Source of the DNA: Phaeosaccion multiseriatum
Lineage: Eukaryota; Protista; Ochrophyta, other classes
Direction: 5' to 3'
NCBI GenBank assembly: GCA_965112735.1
Contig: OZ218965.1
Span: 1,054,001 to 1,118,000, forward strand
DNA length: 64,000 nucleotides
Shown: positions 1-12,090 of the stretch, one piece after another
How the letters are laid out: every line of letters starts with the position of its first letter
How positions within the stretch are numbered: position 1 is the first letter of the stretch
Notes under the pieces: generated by a model
The model's database searches: none
Seen by the model: only the letters and a program-made list of their open reading frames with translations
What the model was told of the DNA's origin: nothing
Program-made: the position numbers and the translations under genes

Positions 1-289
1 AGCGTTTGCATCAACAGTTGTAAAATCGTAAGTGCGCGCACCAGCTGGTCAGCCGACAGAGGCGGAGATCTCTTGAGGCTGGCTTGGGGGCCAGAAATCA
101 GGGCGGGGAAGGCTGCTGGATCGGTCACGGCTCTCCTGCTGCTACTCCAGCTGCTCCCCCTTATCCTCTTGCTCGCTGCTTCATGTCTCTCCTGAGCCCA
201 ACCACCTGCGGCCCACACACATCCCATGTTTCCCTTGCAGGACCCCCCCCCTCTCTCTCTCTCTCTCCCTCTCTCTCTCTCTCTCCCTC

Positions 290-321
<32 letters not shown>

Positions 322-1028
322 ACACACACACGCACACTCACAAACACCTACGCTCCTCTCCCGTCTCCACTGCTCGTTGCTTACCGCGTCAATGACCTCC
401 ATGCGGCATCAATCAATCATCCAATTACTCAATGCCCACATTGTCCTTACCCTTTCTCACCATTTCAATGTCCATTTCAGCCCACTCAGGAGTTCTTTAT
501 CAAGGACATGGGCCTACCCTTAGAAATGACCCCCAACTACGAGGACTTCAGCTGCCAATTCTCTTTCGGTGGGTGAGGGAGATAGTTTCAGGACCAGTTC
601 ACTTTCGGTGGGGGTAGGTGAGACGAGTTTCAGTGCTCGTTCAGTATATCGTCTATTCATTTAAAACAAGAGCAACGGGGGAGGAGAGAGGGAGGGGGGA
701 GCCTGGGCCGGCATGCTGATTTGATTAGCACCGTGGCTCGTGCTGCGTGTGTCTCACCATCGCCGTCATGCTCTCAGGTGGCATCTCAGACGAGCCCCCC
801 CTCTCCTCAGACTGTAACCGCCGCTTCTCTCCCCCCCCTTCTCTCTCGCCGTTGTGCCCCACCGTCAACCACACGGTCTATCACACCGTTCGTTCCACAG
901 GCAAGACTCCTCTGCCCACAGATGCCGACGACGCCTTCAAGGTTGCGTGTTTCCAACAGTGCCCTGCTCAAGGCTCGCTCAGGGGCAGGTGTCACAAGGT
1001 GGAAGAGCCCGACCCCACACGAGAGTAG
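1..1028 (+). CDS. Beta-carotene isomerase DWARF27-like protein, last three exons (<1-27, 481-568, 901-1028)
   Basis: Spliced through GT-AG introns 28-480 and 569-900 it reads SVCINSCKI-PTQEFFIKDMGLPLEMTPNYEDFSCQFSFG-KTPLP...E*, matching the D27 C-terminal motif CxNxCKxPTQxFFxxxxGxPLxMxPNxEDxSC. Confidence 0.85.
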
Positions 1029-1760
1029 CTGCCTCAGAGCGGTCCCAAGGGGGAAGACAGGCAGCCAGGTAGCCAGGCAGCCAGTCAGCCAGCCAGGCAG
1101 GCAGGCAGGTGGTGCAGGGGGAGTAAGTGTATGTGAACGAGTGGACGGGTATCCGTATATCCATCGTGGAACGGGGCCATCCATCCGGGTCGAGTTAGCT
1201 CCAACCCTACGCGGGACGGGGCAGTGTTGCATCGGGATTACGCTCTCCTCGAGGTGGAGGCGTGGAAGGATGTCCAGTCTTCTCTCTCTCCATAGCAGAG
1301 GGTCCCAGCAAGGGGGTTCAGAAGGTATTGTCTCTCCTTCGATTCCGATTTTTGGAAACCTGCCTGGGGCAGGAGGGACGTTCGTCGATTCCTGCGCGTC
1401 CGAGGCGCCGGAAGGGGAGAAGCCACACCAGCAGCACCAGCACCAGCACCATCAGCAGCAGCAGCAGCAGCAGCAGCAGATGGAAGCCAAGTAGCTGCCA
1501 GGATTGCAGACGCTCTCGCTCGCTGACTCACTGGTGGTTGCTGGTGCTGTTGCTGCTCCGGAACTAGGCCGACTCCGGGAGTATTATGTCCGAACATTCC
1601 GTCGGAGCTTCTCCAAACACTTCTCGCCCGGAAGAAGAAAGACTGGCGGTGAAAGTGTTGCCTGCTGTACAACTCACTCGCTAAGCGACGCTCTCTGCTT
1701 AGTGGCGGTATGCTCAGAGGAGATTCGCCAGCAGCACCCATTGCAGTACCACCAGAGACA

Positions 1761-3455
1761 CTAAGATGTGGGAGCATCGGAAGCATCATCCCCGCCAGCA
1801 GCAGTAGCAGAGCCAGCAGCAGCAGCTGCCTCAATGCTACCGCTGATAGATTCCAGAAGGTCGTGAAGGGCTACCTGGAAGGGCCCCTTTTCCTCCTGGG
1901 GAAGCTTGAGGTAGAGCCGAAGGGCAGAGGCAGCGAGCTCGTGAAAGGGAGGATGCCGCTGGCTCTGGAGACTGCCTCCGGTACCCGCAGTGGCAGCAGT
2001 AGCAGAAGCAAAAGCAAAGCCCATGTCATGAGGGTCTGAGGCGTGCCGCTGCTCCACCGACGACCAACGAGGCGAAGAAGTGAAGGCCATGGGGGGTCCG
2101 CTCCAATCTTCGATATCCTCATCCCCTGCCTCTGGGCTGGCCTGCTGCTGCTGTTGCTGCTGTAGGTGCTGGCGGTCTCCGCGGTGCTCTGGCTCGATGA
2201 TGCAAGTGTCTCCCGGTTCAAAACCTGATGAAGCATTCGGAGCAGGAGGGTTTGGTGGTGTTTTTCAAAGAGGCTTGTGTTAGAGAGAACGTGGGGGAAA
2301 CGACAGGTTGAACAAAGGAGCAGCACACAAAGATAGTTTATGGTACAAAAAAGATGGGAGAGTTATTTTCCGTTCTTTCCCCTCCCTCCCCGCAACCAGC
2401 CAACCTTCGTAGCAGGTATCACTTGGTACCGCGAGAATGGTTGGCCGAGTCCACTTCCAGGCGTCGACTTGAGTGTCGATTCCGGCCGGTGTGTTGGCCT
2501 CCTCCCCTGCTACTGCTGCTGCGTCGGCGTGCGCGCAGGCCTCACGTAGGCAGCGCGGGAGGTGAGACGGGGAGCTCACGAGAACCACACGCTCACACTG
2601 GTACTCCCGAAAGATTTCAGCCGCAGCCGCGATTTCAGTTTGCGTGTTGGTAGAAGTGACTGGGTTCGGAAGAAGGAACAGACAGGAGAAGAGGCGGCGG
2701 AGGGGGAGGAGCAGCAGCAGGAGGAAGAGACACTTCAGGCTATAAAAGGGGCTGGAGAGAATAGGAGGTCGGGAAAGGGAAGATAGAACGTGCTCGATGA
2801 GTGCTGGTGCGGGTACCCCCGCCACGAGTTGTACAAGAAACACTCTTCGCCACAAGTGTACCTTCGGCGACAAACTTCGGTGCGAGACTCTGTTTGAGCT
2901 CAGCCAAGGCTTGCCCTCCAGGAAAGCCAGGAAAGGAAGCCAATTCATTCCAGTGATCCAATAGATAGTCGATGCTGGAGAGGGGGTGGGAGGGGGCAGG
3001 ACCGACACACTTAGACCAATGACTTGGATTGCACTTGAAGAGAGCGAAGAGAAGGTTGCCTCCGATCTTCTTGCGCAGGCAGCAAAGCAACAGCCTCTCT
3101 CCCTTGCTAGAACTTCTCCTCAACTCCCTCCCCCTCACCTATGCTGTCCCTCGGGCGTTCCGTTGCTCGAGAAGCTGGCACCAGTTCCAAAAACAACGAC
3201 TGCCGCGTCTTCCTCCACCGCAAGCTTCACCGTCTTGACCAAGCGACCAACGCGACCAGAGCTGGCTTTCCCCCACATAATGGAGGTCCACCCTGGGGTC
3301 TGTAGGTGACAGCCATGACAAAGAATTCCCGTTCTCACACCAGCAGCAGCGGCAGGTGTGGTGGCAGGGGCAGCGGCCGCCGCCGCAGCTGCAAGAGTGC
3401 AGTGGAAAGCAAGCTTACACAGCAGGAGGAGAAGGGACGTCCCATCCCGACCCAT
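1761..3455 (-). CDS. DUF218/YdcF-like domain protein, 4 exons
   Basis: Spliced product MGRDGTSLLLLL...HGCHLQTPGWTSIMWG...VVVFGTGAS...PEGQHSIDYLLDHWNEL...TSTNTQTEI...VVLVSSPSHLPRC...VPSDTCYEG-FEPGDTCIIEPEHRGD...*. The SxNTxxE and VSSxxHLPR motifs are typical of DUF218, and the junctions are canonical and phase-compatible. Confidence 0.7.
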
Positions 3456-3934
3456 GGCACTGTAGTAAGGTGCTACCAGCCAGGAGGCCGTAAGTACGAA
3501 TGTGTTAAGGGGGTGAAAAAGGAACGTCTCACCGCCCCGATGCCGATGGAGCCGCCAAATTTGCATGTTGGTGGTACCTCCAAATTCACAATTGCCAACG
3601 GTTGACCTTCTCCCTTCCCTTTTTGGTCCTTCCTTTCCCTCCCCTCAATATATCTGGCAATGTTGAAGGAGTCCTCAGGCGTGGTCAATGTTAATTGATG
3701 AACTTGATGAGAAACTCTCTGAGGAGTTGATGCCAATGCAAAAGGGGTTTTGGGGAAGGACGATGTCCCCTCTCTGCCTTTAAACCTCTTCCGAGTGACA
3801 GGAGATGGAAGGACAAGGCTACGTGCAGGCAAGTGTGTAGGTGCGCGGGCGGGTAGGCGCCTTGGTCAAAGGCTACGGTACAACGTGGGTAGCACCACCC
3901 TCTTACGCATTCCCCTCCCCCTACCCTGTCCGTG

Positions 3935-6900
3935 ATGCAGGCTCAGCCGCCTCGAAGCGTCACTAACACGCGTCGTGGCAGTATCTCTCGCCAAGCTCTG
4001 CGAGAGAGTCGGCGGGACTCGGAGCTGGTCAAGGTATTTGTTGCCACCGATGGAGGAGTTATCGCATTAGAAGAGGGGGGAGGAGAGGGGCAAGATGGGC
4101 GGGGCGAGGGAAGAAAGAACAAAGGCGGAAAGCATCACGAGCACGACGAAGGCAAGCCCGAGAAGAGACAGGAGCAGGAGCAGCAGGTCGAGGCAAAGGT
4201 GGAAGGTGTTGTGCATGGGAATGATCTTCTCCGCAAAGCCCAGCATAAGGCCGCTGATGGTGCCAGCGAAGGAGGCACAAGGGAAGCGAATAAGGGCCTT
4301 CTACGTCGTATGTCGTCGACGAAAAAGCGTGATGGCAGCAAGGTCACGAACGAGGAAGAAGGAACCAGGACAAGTGATGTTGGTGGTGGTGGTGGTGGTG
4401 GTGGAGGAAGAGGAGGAGGAGGAGGCTTGCGGAGAAGGGGCTCTTTTCAGGACCTGAAGGAGTCCTTGCTGAGTGGCCTGAGCAACGCGGGCAAGAGTAA
4501 AGCCCAGAGCGCTTCTTCTATAGAATTCGGTGGAGCTGCTACGAAGTCGCGGGGTTTGGCTCATACAGACAGCACAAGCACTACTGCTACTATTGCTGCT
4601 GCTGCTGCTGCTGCTGCCGTATCACCACCTGCCGCGCCTGGTATTGCCCCGCTGCTCAAGTCAGCGCTCAAACGCGGCGGCGTCGACCCGGTGATCCCTG
4701 CTAGCACTGAGGCCAAAGGCAGCAGGGGCCTAGCCACGGGCATCGGCGGCAACGTCTTGAGACAGGACAGGGTCGTTGGCTTCGCGGTCGCCGAAAAAGG
4801 CGACCGAGGCGAGGAGTCGATGAGACCAAACAAGGACCTGACTCACGAGAGCGCCACTTTTGGTGTTGCATCGGCCCGCGGATCCCCGGCACCGTCGTCC
4901 GGAACCAACCCCAGCTTTGGTGGGGGTGTTGGTGCGTCGGTCACCGGTAGCAGCGGTGCCACTGCAAGCAGTAAGCGGCGAAGCTTGGTGGAGGGTCAAG
5001 ATCGCCTTCCTTCTCCTGCTGTAGACCAGGAGTCGACCCAGGGTGTCAAGAGAAAGGGCTCGGCCGCTGCTGTTGCTCGAGCTGCAGCGGCGGCTTCAGC
5101 GGGGGAGACAGAGACGAGGAAGCACAGCCTGAGGAGAAGCAGCACATATGCCGAGATTCTCGGGGAGATAGAGGGCATGCCTGCGGTATGGGAGGAGGCG
5201 GATGCGCTGAGGAGGAAAGAGAGGGAGAAGAGGGGGAAGAGGCAGAAGGGAGGAGGAGGAGGAGGAGGAGGAGGAGGAGGAGGAGGAGGAGGAGGAGGAG
5301 GAGGAGGAGGAGGAGGAGGAGGAGGAGGAGGAGCAAGGCGCGAGAGCGTGGGTGGAGGTGGCAAGGAAGACGGTCAGAGTAGGAAGATGGAGAAGAAGGA
5401 CAAGAAGAAGGACAAGAAAAAGGAGAAGAAGGAGAAGAAGAAGGAGAACGAAGAGCGGAAGGAGAGGAAGCCAATGGCGACGGACAATGGCGGGCCGAAG
5501 GAGGGGGATGGGGAGGAGGGGGGGCGATGGCTGAAGTTGAGAGAGGGTGGAGGAGCACAACGTGGCGACCCTGAGAGTGAAGCGGACATGGAGACAAGGA
5601 CAAGGAGGAGCAGCAGTAGGCGGAGAAGTAGAACGAGAAGTAGCAGCAGAAGCAACAGCACAGATGGAACAGGGAGGAGCCGGAGGTCAGGGGCAGGAGG
5701 GCTAGGCGGGGGAGATCCTCCTTCGACGGGGGAGGAAGCCCCGATCGTCCTCCCCACTCGGAATTCGACGACAATCGGCTCGGCGGCAGGGCGGAGAGGA
5801 AGCAGCAGCAGTGGCAGCGGCGGTAAGACAACCAGCGGTACCAGGGTCAAGGAGAGGAGGAAACTGTCCGTGGGTTTCGTGGACGTTGGCAGATCCTTGG
5901 ACGATGGAGAGACTGGGCGAATGAGCGGGGGCAGCGGCGGGGTGGGTGCAAGCGCCTCGAGGGACAGGGGACATGAGGATAGAGTAGGGAGGAGGGGGTG
6001 GGTTGTCCGTTCCGACGCCGCCAGCGGTGATGATGCTGACGGAGACAGAGACGAAGGGTACGACGGCGACCAGGCGGACGAGGGAGAGAGGAGGAGGTCG
6101 TCTGACGGGCGGCAGTCGCCGCCTTCCCTCTCGTCTTCTGTGCCTCCGGAGCCGCCCTGTGTTCCTATGCTTGGTGGTGAGTTTGAGTTTCCTGCCGCCG
6201 GGAGGAGCAGGGGTGGGCGGAGGAGCAGCAGGAGTAGTAGTAGTAGTGGTGGTAGGAGGAAGACAGAGAGTGGAAGGAGGAGTAGGAAGGAGAGTGAACG
6301 GAAGAGTGGGAGGGAGAGTGGGAGGAGGAGTAGCAGCGAGAGTGGGAGGAGGAGTGGGAGGGAGAGTGGGAGGAGGAGTGGGAGGGAGAGTGGCGGTAAT
6401 CGCAGTTGGGCAGTCGAGAAGCGGGGAGAAGACTGGACAATGCAAAGGAAAGAGCCAGAGGGAGGGCCATTAGGCAGTGGGGGCAAGGAGGAGGAGAAGG
6501 AGGAGGAGAGGGCGGCGACCAAGGCTGAAACAGACGACAAAGGCAACGACATCGGCAGAGGCAATGGCCTAAGTGAACAAGACAGCAGGCGCAGCAGTCG
6601 GCAGCAACGAGAAGCCCTGGAGGTTGCAGAGGAGAACAAGCGGGGCAGCGGCGGCAGGGGCAGCTGGGGCAGCGGTAGTCGTGGGGGTGGGCGGGGTGGT
6701 GGTGCTGGTGGTAGCACGAATCGAAGCTCCGACCGCGGAACAAGGAGGGGAAGGCAGCGGACACCACGAGAGGCCGTGGCGGAAGGGAAGGAGATGCATC
6801 GGGCCTTGGAGGAGAAGGTGACGCGGAGCATTCAGCAGACGGTCAACGAATTGAGCGTCAAGGGGGCGGAGGCGCACGAACCCCCTGGGCTAATCTACAC

Positions 6901-7421
6901 CAAGCCGGTGGGTAGAAGGAGGAGTAGGAAGAGTAGGAGAGCACGGCCTCTGTCTCTCGTCTTTTGTCTCTGTCTCTGCTTCACGAGCCCTTCTCTCTAC
7001 TGTTGGCGTCGCTATGCAGAGCCTAGACAGACTTTACCAATGCCCGCCTGTGTCCACCCTCACTCACGTCGCTTCCCTCGTCTCTCCCCCGTCTCTCCTC
7101 CTCCTCCTCCTCCTCCTCCTCCTCCTCCTCCTCCTCCTCCTCCTCCTCCTCCTCCTCCTCCTCCTCCTCCTCCTCCTCCTCCTCCTCCTCCTCCTCCTCC
7201 TCCTCCTCCTCCTCCTCCTCCTCCTCCTCCTCCTCCTCCTCCTCCTCCTCCTCCTCCTCCTCCTCCTCCTCCTCCTCCTCCTCCTCCTCCTCCTCCTCCT
7301 CCTCCTCCTCCTCCTCCTCCTCCTCCTCCTCCTCCTCCTCCTCCTCCTCCTCCTCCTCCTCCTCCTCCTCCTCCTCCTCCTCCTCCTCCTCCTCCTCCTC
7401 CTCCTCCTCCTCCTCCTCCTC

Positions 7422-7482
<61 letters not shown>

Positions 7483-8233
7483 TCCTGCTGCTGTATCTCT
7501 GTCCAGGGCGATGTGAGGACCGCGGATGTCGGGGTCTTAGAGGAGCTTGGAGAGGACATACAGCGGTGCAGACAGGACCTCCTCGCGATAAAGCAGAAGA
7601 GGAGAGACTTTGGGGCGGAGATGAAGCAGAGGGCCAAGAGAGGCAAGCAGGTGAGCAGCGAGGATGTGTATGTATGTATGTATGTATGTATGTATGTATG
7701 TATGTATGTATGTATGTGTGTATGTATGTATGTATGTATGTGTGTATGTATGTATGTATGTGTGTATGTGTGTATGTATGTATGCATGTATGTATGTATG
7801 TATGTATGTAAGTATGTGTGTGTGCGTGTTTCCTGCTCGCTTTGCTTCGCTCCTCTCTGTGACTGTGTTGACCTCAAGCTATCTAGTAAACTGAATCTGA
7901 AACTGAAACTGAAACATTGACAACCTACGTTTGTAACGCAATAGGCGGAGGTGTACGCAGCGGTACTGACCGCCCAGGAGGAGGGCACAGTGCGTGGCCT
8001 GGATGCAAAGGCCGCCAAGGTCGTCGCCCGCCTGCAGATGCTGACCCAACAGCGTCTGGCCTTGCTCGAAGTGTCTCGTGTGGCAAAGAGAGAGCCCCTC
8101 GGCGTTCGCTTGCCCAGGAGGGCCGAGCCTGAGCTGCAGCATCAGCGCCCGGGCGCCAATGTGAGTGCGTGTGTGTGTGTGTGCGCGCGCGCGTGCGTGC
8201 GGGTGTGTGCATGTGGGCGCGAATACGTATGTG

Positions 8234-8266
<33 letters not shown>

Positions 8267-10362
8267 CATCCGCGAGGCAAAAGCAGCGTTCCCTTTAAGA
8301 CTTTTTGACTTCACTTATTAATACCTCATCTCTCTCTCTCTGTTGTCTGTCTGCGCGTTTGTCGCGCAGGAGAGGCGAAGGAGCAGCTTCAGCAGTCTCA
8401 ACACCCTCGTGGGGGAGGTGAGTGCTGCGGGCGAGAGGAGGCACACGTGCACACAGCACTGCGTAGAGGGGATCTTACACTCGTATATCCTTTGGCCTTC
8501 TCTTCCTCCTCCTCCTCCTCCTCCTCCTCCTCCTCCTCCTCCTCCTCCTCCTCCTCCTCCTCCTCCTCCTCCTCCTCCTCCTCCTCCTCCTCCTCCTCCT
8601 CCTCCTCCTCCTCCTCCTCCTCCTCCTCCTCCTCCTCCTCCTCCTCCTCCTCCTCCTCCTCCTCCTCCTCCTCCTCCTCCTCCTCCTCCTCCTCCTCCTC
8701 CCCCTCCTCCTCCTCCCCCTCCTCATCCTCATCCTCTTCCTGCTCCTCGTCCTCCTACTCTTCCCTTCTCTTCTCCTCTCCTCCTACCGCACAGCTCATG
8801 GAGCGTGAAGACATGTCCGAGTCAGCGGTTGGTGATACAGCCGCAGCAGTCTCAACCCTCTCCTCGGGCGGTGGAAAGGCCGCCGCCAAACGCATCGCTC
8901 GGGCGGAGATGCGGCGCTTGGAGAGAGGGTGGAGGGACCTCTTTGAGAGCATCTACCCCGAGGAGAGGCAGCGCAGGCTGGACCTCAGGGACGAGGCCGC
9001 AGCACAAGTCAACAAAGGTGGGCCGGGCAAGGCTCTGTGTGAGCAGGCTGTCTCTGTGTTATAAGTATTGTGTCTGCAGAGGGGAGAGCTTGTGCTTTTA
9101 AGTCAGGGTGTTTTATGTGTGCGTGTGTGTGTTTGTATATAGGTCTGCCTCAGCACCCAACCCAACCCAACCTAACCCAACCGAACCCCCTCCCTAACTC
9201 TCTCCGCTCTCAACTCGCCCGACCCCCACAACAGGGGGGCAGCAGCACCGGAGGCAACAGCAGCAGTTGGTGATACAACAGCAGCAGGAGATGCAGGAGG
9301 AGGAGAACATCCGCATCTTTCTGTCCGCAAGCACCGCCAAGGAACACCGCGAGTTTCTCCTCTTCTCGCTGGACCCCATGCAGCTCAGGTGGGTGGGTGC
9401 AGTTTTCAGTTTCAGATTTGCGATCGTAGGTTTGCGCTTCCTTTCAGCTTAATAGCAGCTTATCGTCCTCTGGGAGAGAATCGTCCCGCTCCTTCCCTCG
9501 GGTTTAGGAAAGCAATCCCTCACCTTCTTGTCTCTCTCTCCCGTCGTCGCCATCTGCAGATCCCTGCCCCGCGTGATCAAGAGCCTGGTCCTTCACTACA
9601 CAGGGGACGGTGCTGACGAGCTCAACCTGCTGGCAGGGGCCAGGCAGCCGGGCGTGCAGGAGCTGCTGTACGTGGCCATCTTGGCTCTGAGAGACCTTCA
9701 CGTCTCTCTCGTACCTTCCGTAAGTGCAGCCCGACAATACCTAGCGGCGTGTCTGCTGAGTGCGTGCGCGTGTGCGTGTGTATGTGTGCGTGTATGTGTG
9801 TGTGCGTGTGTGCGTGTGTGTGTGAGTGTATGTTGGTCTGCTTCAAAACAGTGATGGGCCTCCCTCTCTCTCTGCTCCCTTGCCCTTAACGCCCTCTCTA
9901 CTCCCCTCCCCTCCCCTCCCCTCCCCTCCCCTCCCCTCCCCTCCCCTCCCCTCCCTCCCTCCCCCTCCCCTCCCCTCCCCTCCCCTCCCCTCCCCTCCCC
10001 TCCTCCCCTCCGCTCCCGTCCCCTCCCCTCCCCTCCCCTCCCCTCCCCTCCCCTCCCCTCCCCTCCCTCCCTCCCCCTCCCCTCCCCTCCCCTCCCCTCC
10101 CCTCCCCTCACTTGCACAGCTGCTCTTCCTCCTGTGGCTCTTTGCTCGAGTGCCTGAAAACCGCGCCACTTTGCTGCGTGAGAACGTCATCAAGATCGCC
10201 CTAGGCCGACTAAAGAGATGCTGGAGAGTCTCTGGGCCTCCTCCTTCGAAGGGCAAGGGGGAGGAGGAGGAGAAGGAGGGAGGGGAGGAAGAAGCGGAGC
10301 GCCCCCCCCGGGGCTTAGAGTACGGCTGCCTAGCGCTTCTGTTGGGGACGCTTTGGTCTTAG
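3935..10362 (+). CDS. Large hypothetical protein: ~1000-aa G/S/R/K/E low-complexity N-terminus, then coiled-coil and helical (armadillo-like?) exons
   Basis: Open exon 3935-6908, then exons at about 7507-7650, 7945-8160, 8370-8417, 8795-9018, 9234-9388, 9560-9719 and 10120-10362 bounded by AG/GT. The 3' end is uncertain. Confidence 0.6.
7096..7445. repeat. Very long pure (CCT)n microsatellite (~115 units), intronic
   Basis: Directly visible. Similar tracts at 8505-8700 and, as (GGA)n on the + strand, at 39405-39510. Confidence 0.95.
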
Positions 10363-10666
10363 ACTGCTCTACAACTCTAGCTACCATCTGTTTGAGTTTC
10401 AGTTCAGTTTCATACAAAGAGGAAACACAAGAGGTAACACAGGAAAACTTTATTGCTTAATAGGAATCACCTAAGAAACCGCAAGGGGAAAGTGTGTGAG
10501 AGGAAAGGGGGAAACTTTATTGACTTAATAGAGGAAAGGGGGATGGGAGCAATAAGCCAACGAATCTCATGCGCGAAGAACCAACACGTCATGAAAATCT
10601 GGCACGGGTAGGGTAGACCCGAAGTCGCTCTTTTGGTTTGGCCGTCATAGAGGATGGTGGGGAAAG

Positions 10667-11963
10667 ATGGCGCTTAGAGGTAGATTACCAACTTCCCCAC
10701 TCTCAGTGGTGCTGGTGTGTTGTGTCGATGCCACCTTGGGCTACAGTAAGGATGGGAAGTTGCCGTGGCATGTTACGGAGGAGTTTGAGCATTTCCTCAG
10801 CGTTGTCCGACCAGTAGCAGCAGGAACCAATGCCCCAGCATGCCACCAAAGTATTGTTTTGGGAAGGCTAACCTGGGAGCGGGAGTGGAAGCCGCCAAGC
10901 ATGTGCGAGGACCTGCTTCGTTCCATGCGCTACGTCGCTGTGCTATCGAAAAACGAAGTCCTACCACTGCCACACACGCCTGATGGCAAGTTCCTCTCCT
11001 GTAGAGATGTCTGCTCGGCGGTAGAGCGAGTGAGACGCTTGGTTTTGGAAGGAGCCGCCCAGCAGGAGAAGCAGGAGCAGCAGCAGCAGCTGCCGCCGCC
11101 GCCCCATCGACTGTTCTTGTTGGGAGGTGGACAGGTATACAGGGATGGGCTTCAGTCAGGAGTCGTGGACACAGCGCTGGTGTCCAGGCTACCACTCAGG
11201 TCAGTGTCCTTCACCTCCCGCCCTCTATACGTTAGTCTTCTCCCCTTGTCCTCCCTCCGACAGAGAGGGGGGAGAGAGAAAGGCTTGCTTTAGCTTTGTT
11301 TTGTTGTTTTTATTGTCGTTGTTGTACTATAGGCATAACTCCTCTTCCCCCTTCCCACTCCTCGCAGCTACGAGTGTCAGGACCACGAGCGTATGCCTTG
11401 GCTCGACGAAGCCCTCTCCCAACACTTGTACCTCACCAAGAGGACGAAGCACTACTCCTCCTCCTCCTCCTCCTCCTCCGCCGCCGCCGCCTCCTTGGCA
11501 CCATGTCAGCAACAGGTACGAGTCGAGGGACACAAATACACACACGCGCACACAGAGACTCTCTCTCACACACACTCACCCTCGAGTGGAGCCGCACCCC
11601 TTGTTGTTCTAAGTATGCTCTTTACTGACTTGTTGGAGACCCCCCCCTCTCTTCTTACTCACCCGCTCAGTTCTTTCCTTTGCGAGGCAAGAACACTTGT
11701 TGCCTGTCTTTGTTCCAACACCCTCTGTTGTTGCCTCTCTTTGTTCCAACACCTCTGAGGCCCTTCGCATCGCCCTGTAGATCAGAGACTCGGAGCCTCA
11801 TGACGCAACTACCGCTGGTGGTGCTACTGCTGTTGGTTCTGAGGGCTGGGATGCTGTCTCTCCGCTTTTTGTCGTGGAGCAGTGGGAGCGCAAGCCGAAG
11901 CAATCACTACAAAGCCCTTCCGCCGCGTGCGGCAACAGCCAAAGAGAAGCAAAAGAATTCTGA
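10667..11963 (+). CDS. Monofunctional dihydrofolate reductase-like protein (exons ~10667-11199, 11368-11515, 11781-11963)
   Basis: Motifs VCCVDATLGYSKDGKLPWHVTEEFEHF (acidic residue at the E. coli D27-equivalent position), IVLGRLTWE, LFLLGGGQVY, YEC, and a final strand FVVEQWER. Stop TGA at 11961, with no thymidylate synthase domain following. Confidence 0.8.
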
Positions 11964-12090
11964 ATGAACCTTGAATGTAAGAAGATTCCACGTGGAAGAT
12001 TCCATCTGGTGAGTAATCAAAACAGACGACAAGAAAGCCCTAAAAAAAATTAAAAGCACTGTAGAAGTACGATCTAAAGTCCATCACTAA

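Noticed and set aside
1238-1760. ORFs between the D27-like and DUF218-like genes
   Set aside because: Low-complexity CAG-rich sequence with no motifs; most likely convergent 3'UTRs.
7014-9101. Long ORFs with poly-P/L/E/S/R or CVCV/HTHT tracts (here and throughout)
   Set aside because: Stop-free translations of intronic microsatellites; they lie between clear splice sites.
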